Source: Octopus bimaculoides
Taxonomy: Eukaryota
Reading direction: 5' to 3'
NCBI RefSeq assembly: GCF_001194135.2
Contig: NC_069001.1
Span: 9,742,340 to 9,806,046, forward strand
DNA length: 63,707 nucleotides
Shown here: one piece after another, positions 63,378 to 63,707 of the stretch
Numbering within the stretch: the stretch's first letter is position 1
Layout: every line of letters starts with the position of its first letter
Notes under the pieces: generated by a model
Seen by the model: only the letters and a program-made list of their open reading frames with translations
The model's database searches: none
What the model was told of the DNA's origin: nothing
Made by a program: the position numbers and the translations under genes

Positions 63378-63512
63378 GTTGGGGTGCTGAAAAATTCCTG
63401 GCTTTGGGTAAAAGAAAATACAGGAGGAACAGTTGATTATAATCTTATTCAACATATTCCTCTCTCAGATTCACACATTTATTGCAACGGCCCTTCAGTT
63501 TCTCTAAGCCTT
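63378..63512. mobile_element. Left half of the mariner-type MITE family at 34044
   Basis: GGGGTGCTGAAAAATTCCTGGCTTTGGGTA.AAGAAAATA...CAGATTCACACATTTATT.CA.CGGCCCTTCA.TTT.TCTAAGCC. Confidence 0.8.
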
Positions 63513-63707
63513 TCCGAAGATCTCGGAAGGTTACTTTCTAGAAAATTGAATCTCTCTGTTAGCTCGTTAGGCCTCTCCGAGTCTATAAAGGATTTTCTTA
63601 ACCCTCTGATTAAGGGGAAATAATCCGTCATCATTAACGATTTTTCGTATTCTTCGAGGTCTGCGAGTTTTCTCATACATAAGACGTAGATATTTAAAAG
63701 TCTTGTA

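Noticed and set aside
1-63707. CRISPR arrays, operons, rRNA
   Set aside because: Eukaryotic repeat-rich DNA; no repeat-spacer arrays or rRNA-like sequence seen.

Overview
AT-rich, repeat-saturated animal genomic DNA from a draft assembly with about 21 N-gaps, most bordered by (TA)n/(CA)n microsatellites. The SINE families and microsatellite density best fit an octopod cephalopod; this is an inference, since no database search was possible. I can support no intact protein-coding gene, rRNA, true tRNA or CRISPR array; almost all listed ORFs are microsatellite or gap artefacts. The window holds three abundant tRNA-derived SINE families, labelled locally: SINE-A (CORE-like), SINE-B (Meta/MESC-like) and SINE-C (young copies with 12-13 bp TSDs). 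It also holds several Tc1/mariner/pogo/maT remnants and MITEs, and remnants of R4/Dong-type, RTE-type and probable Tx1/L1-type non-LTR retrotransposons. The most interesting signal is dispersed element D at three loci. It combines a tRNA-like (Pol III B-box) segment with a 3' module whose four-copy consensus is a complete minimal type I hammerhead ribozyme of the Penelope-like-element (PLE) kind. Two of the three loci show inverted rearrangements typical of PLE insertions. A second, degenerate hammerhead-like motif occurs in an unrelated repeat at about 48.6 kb.
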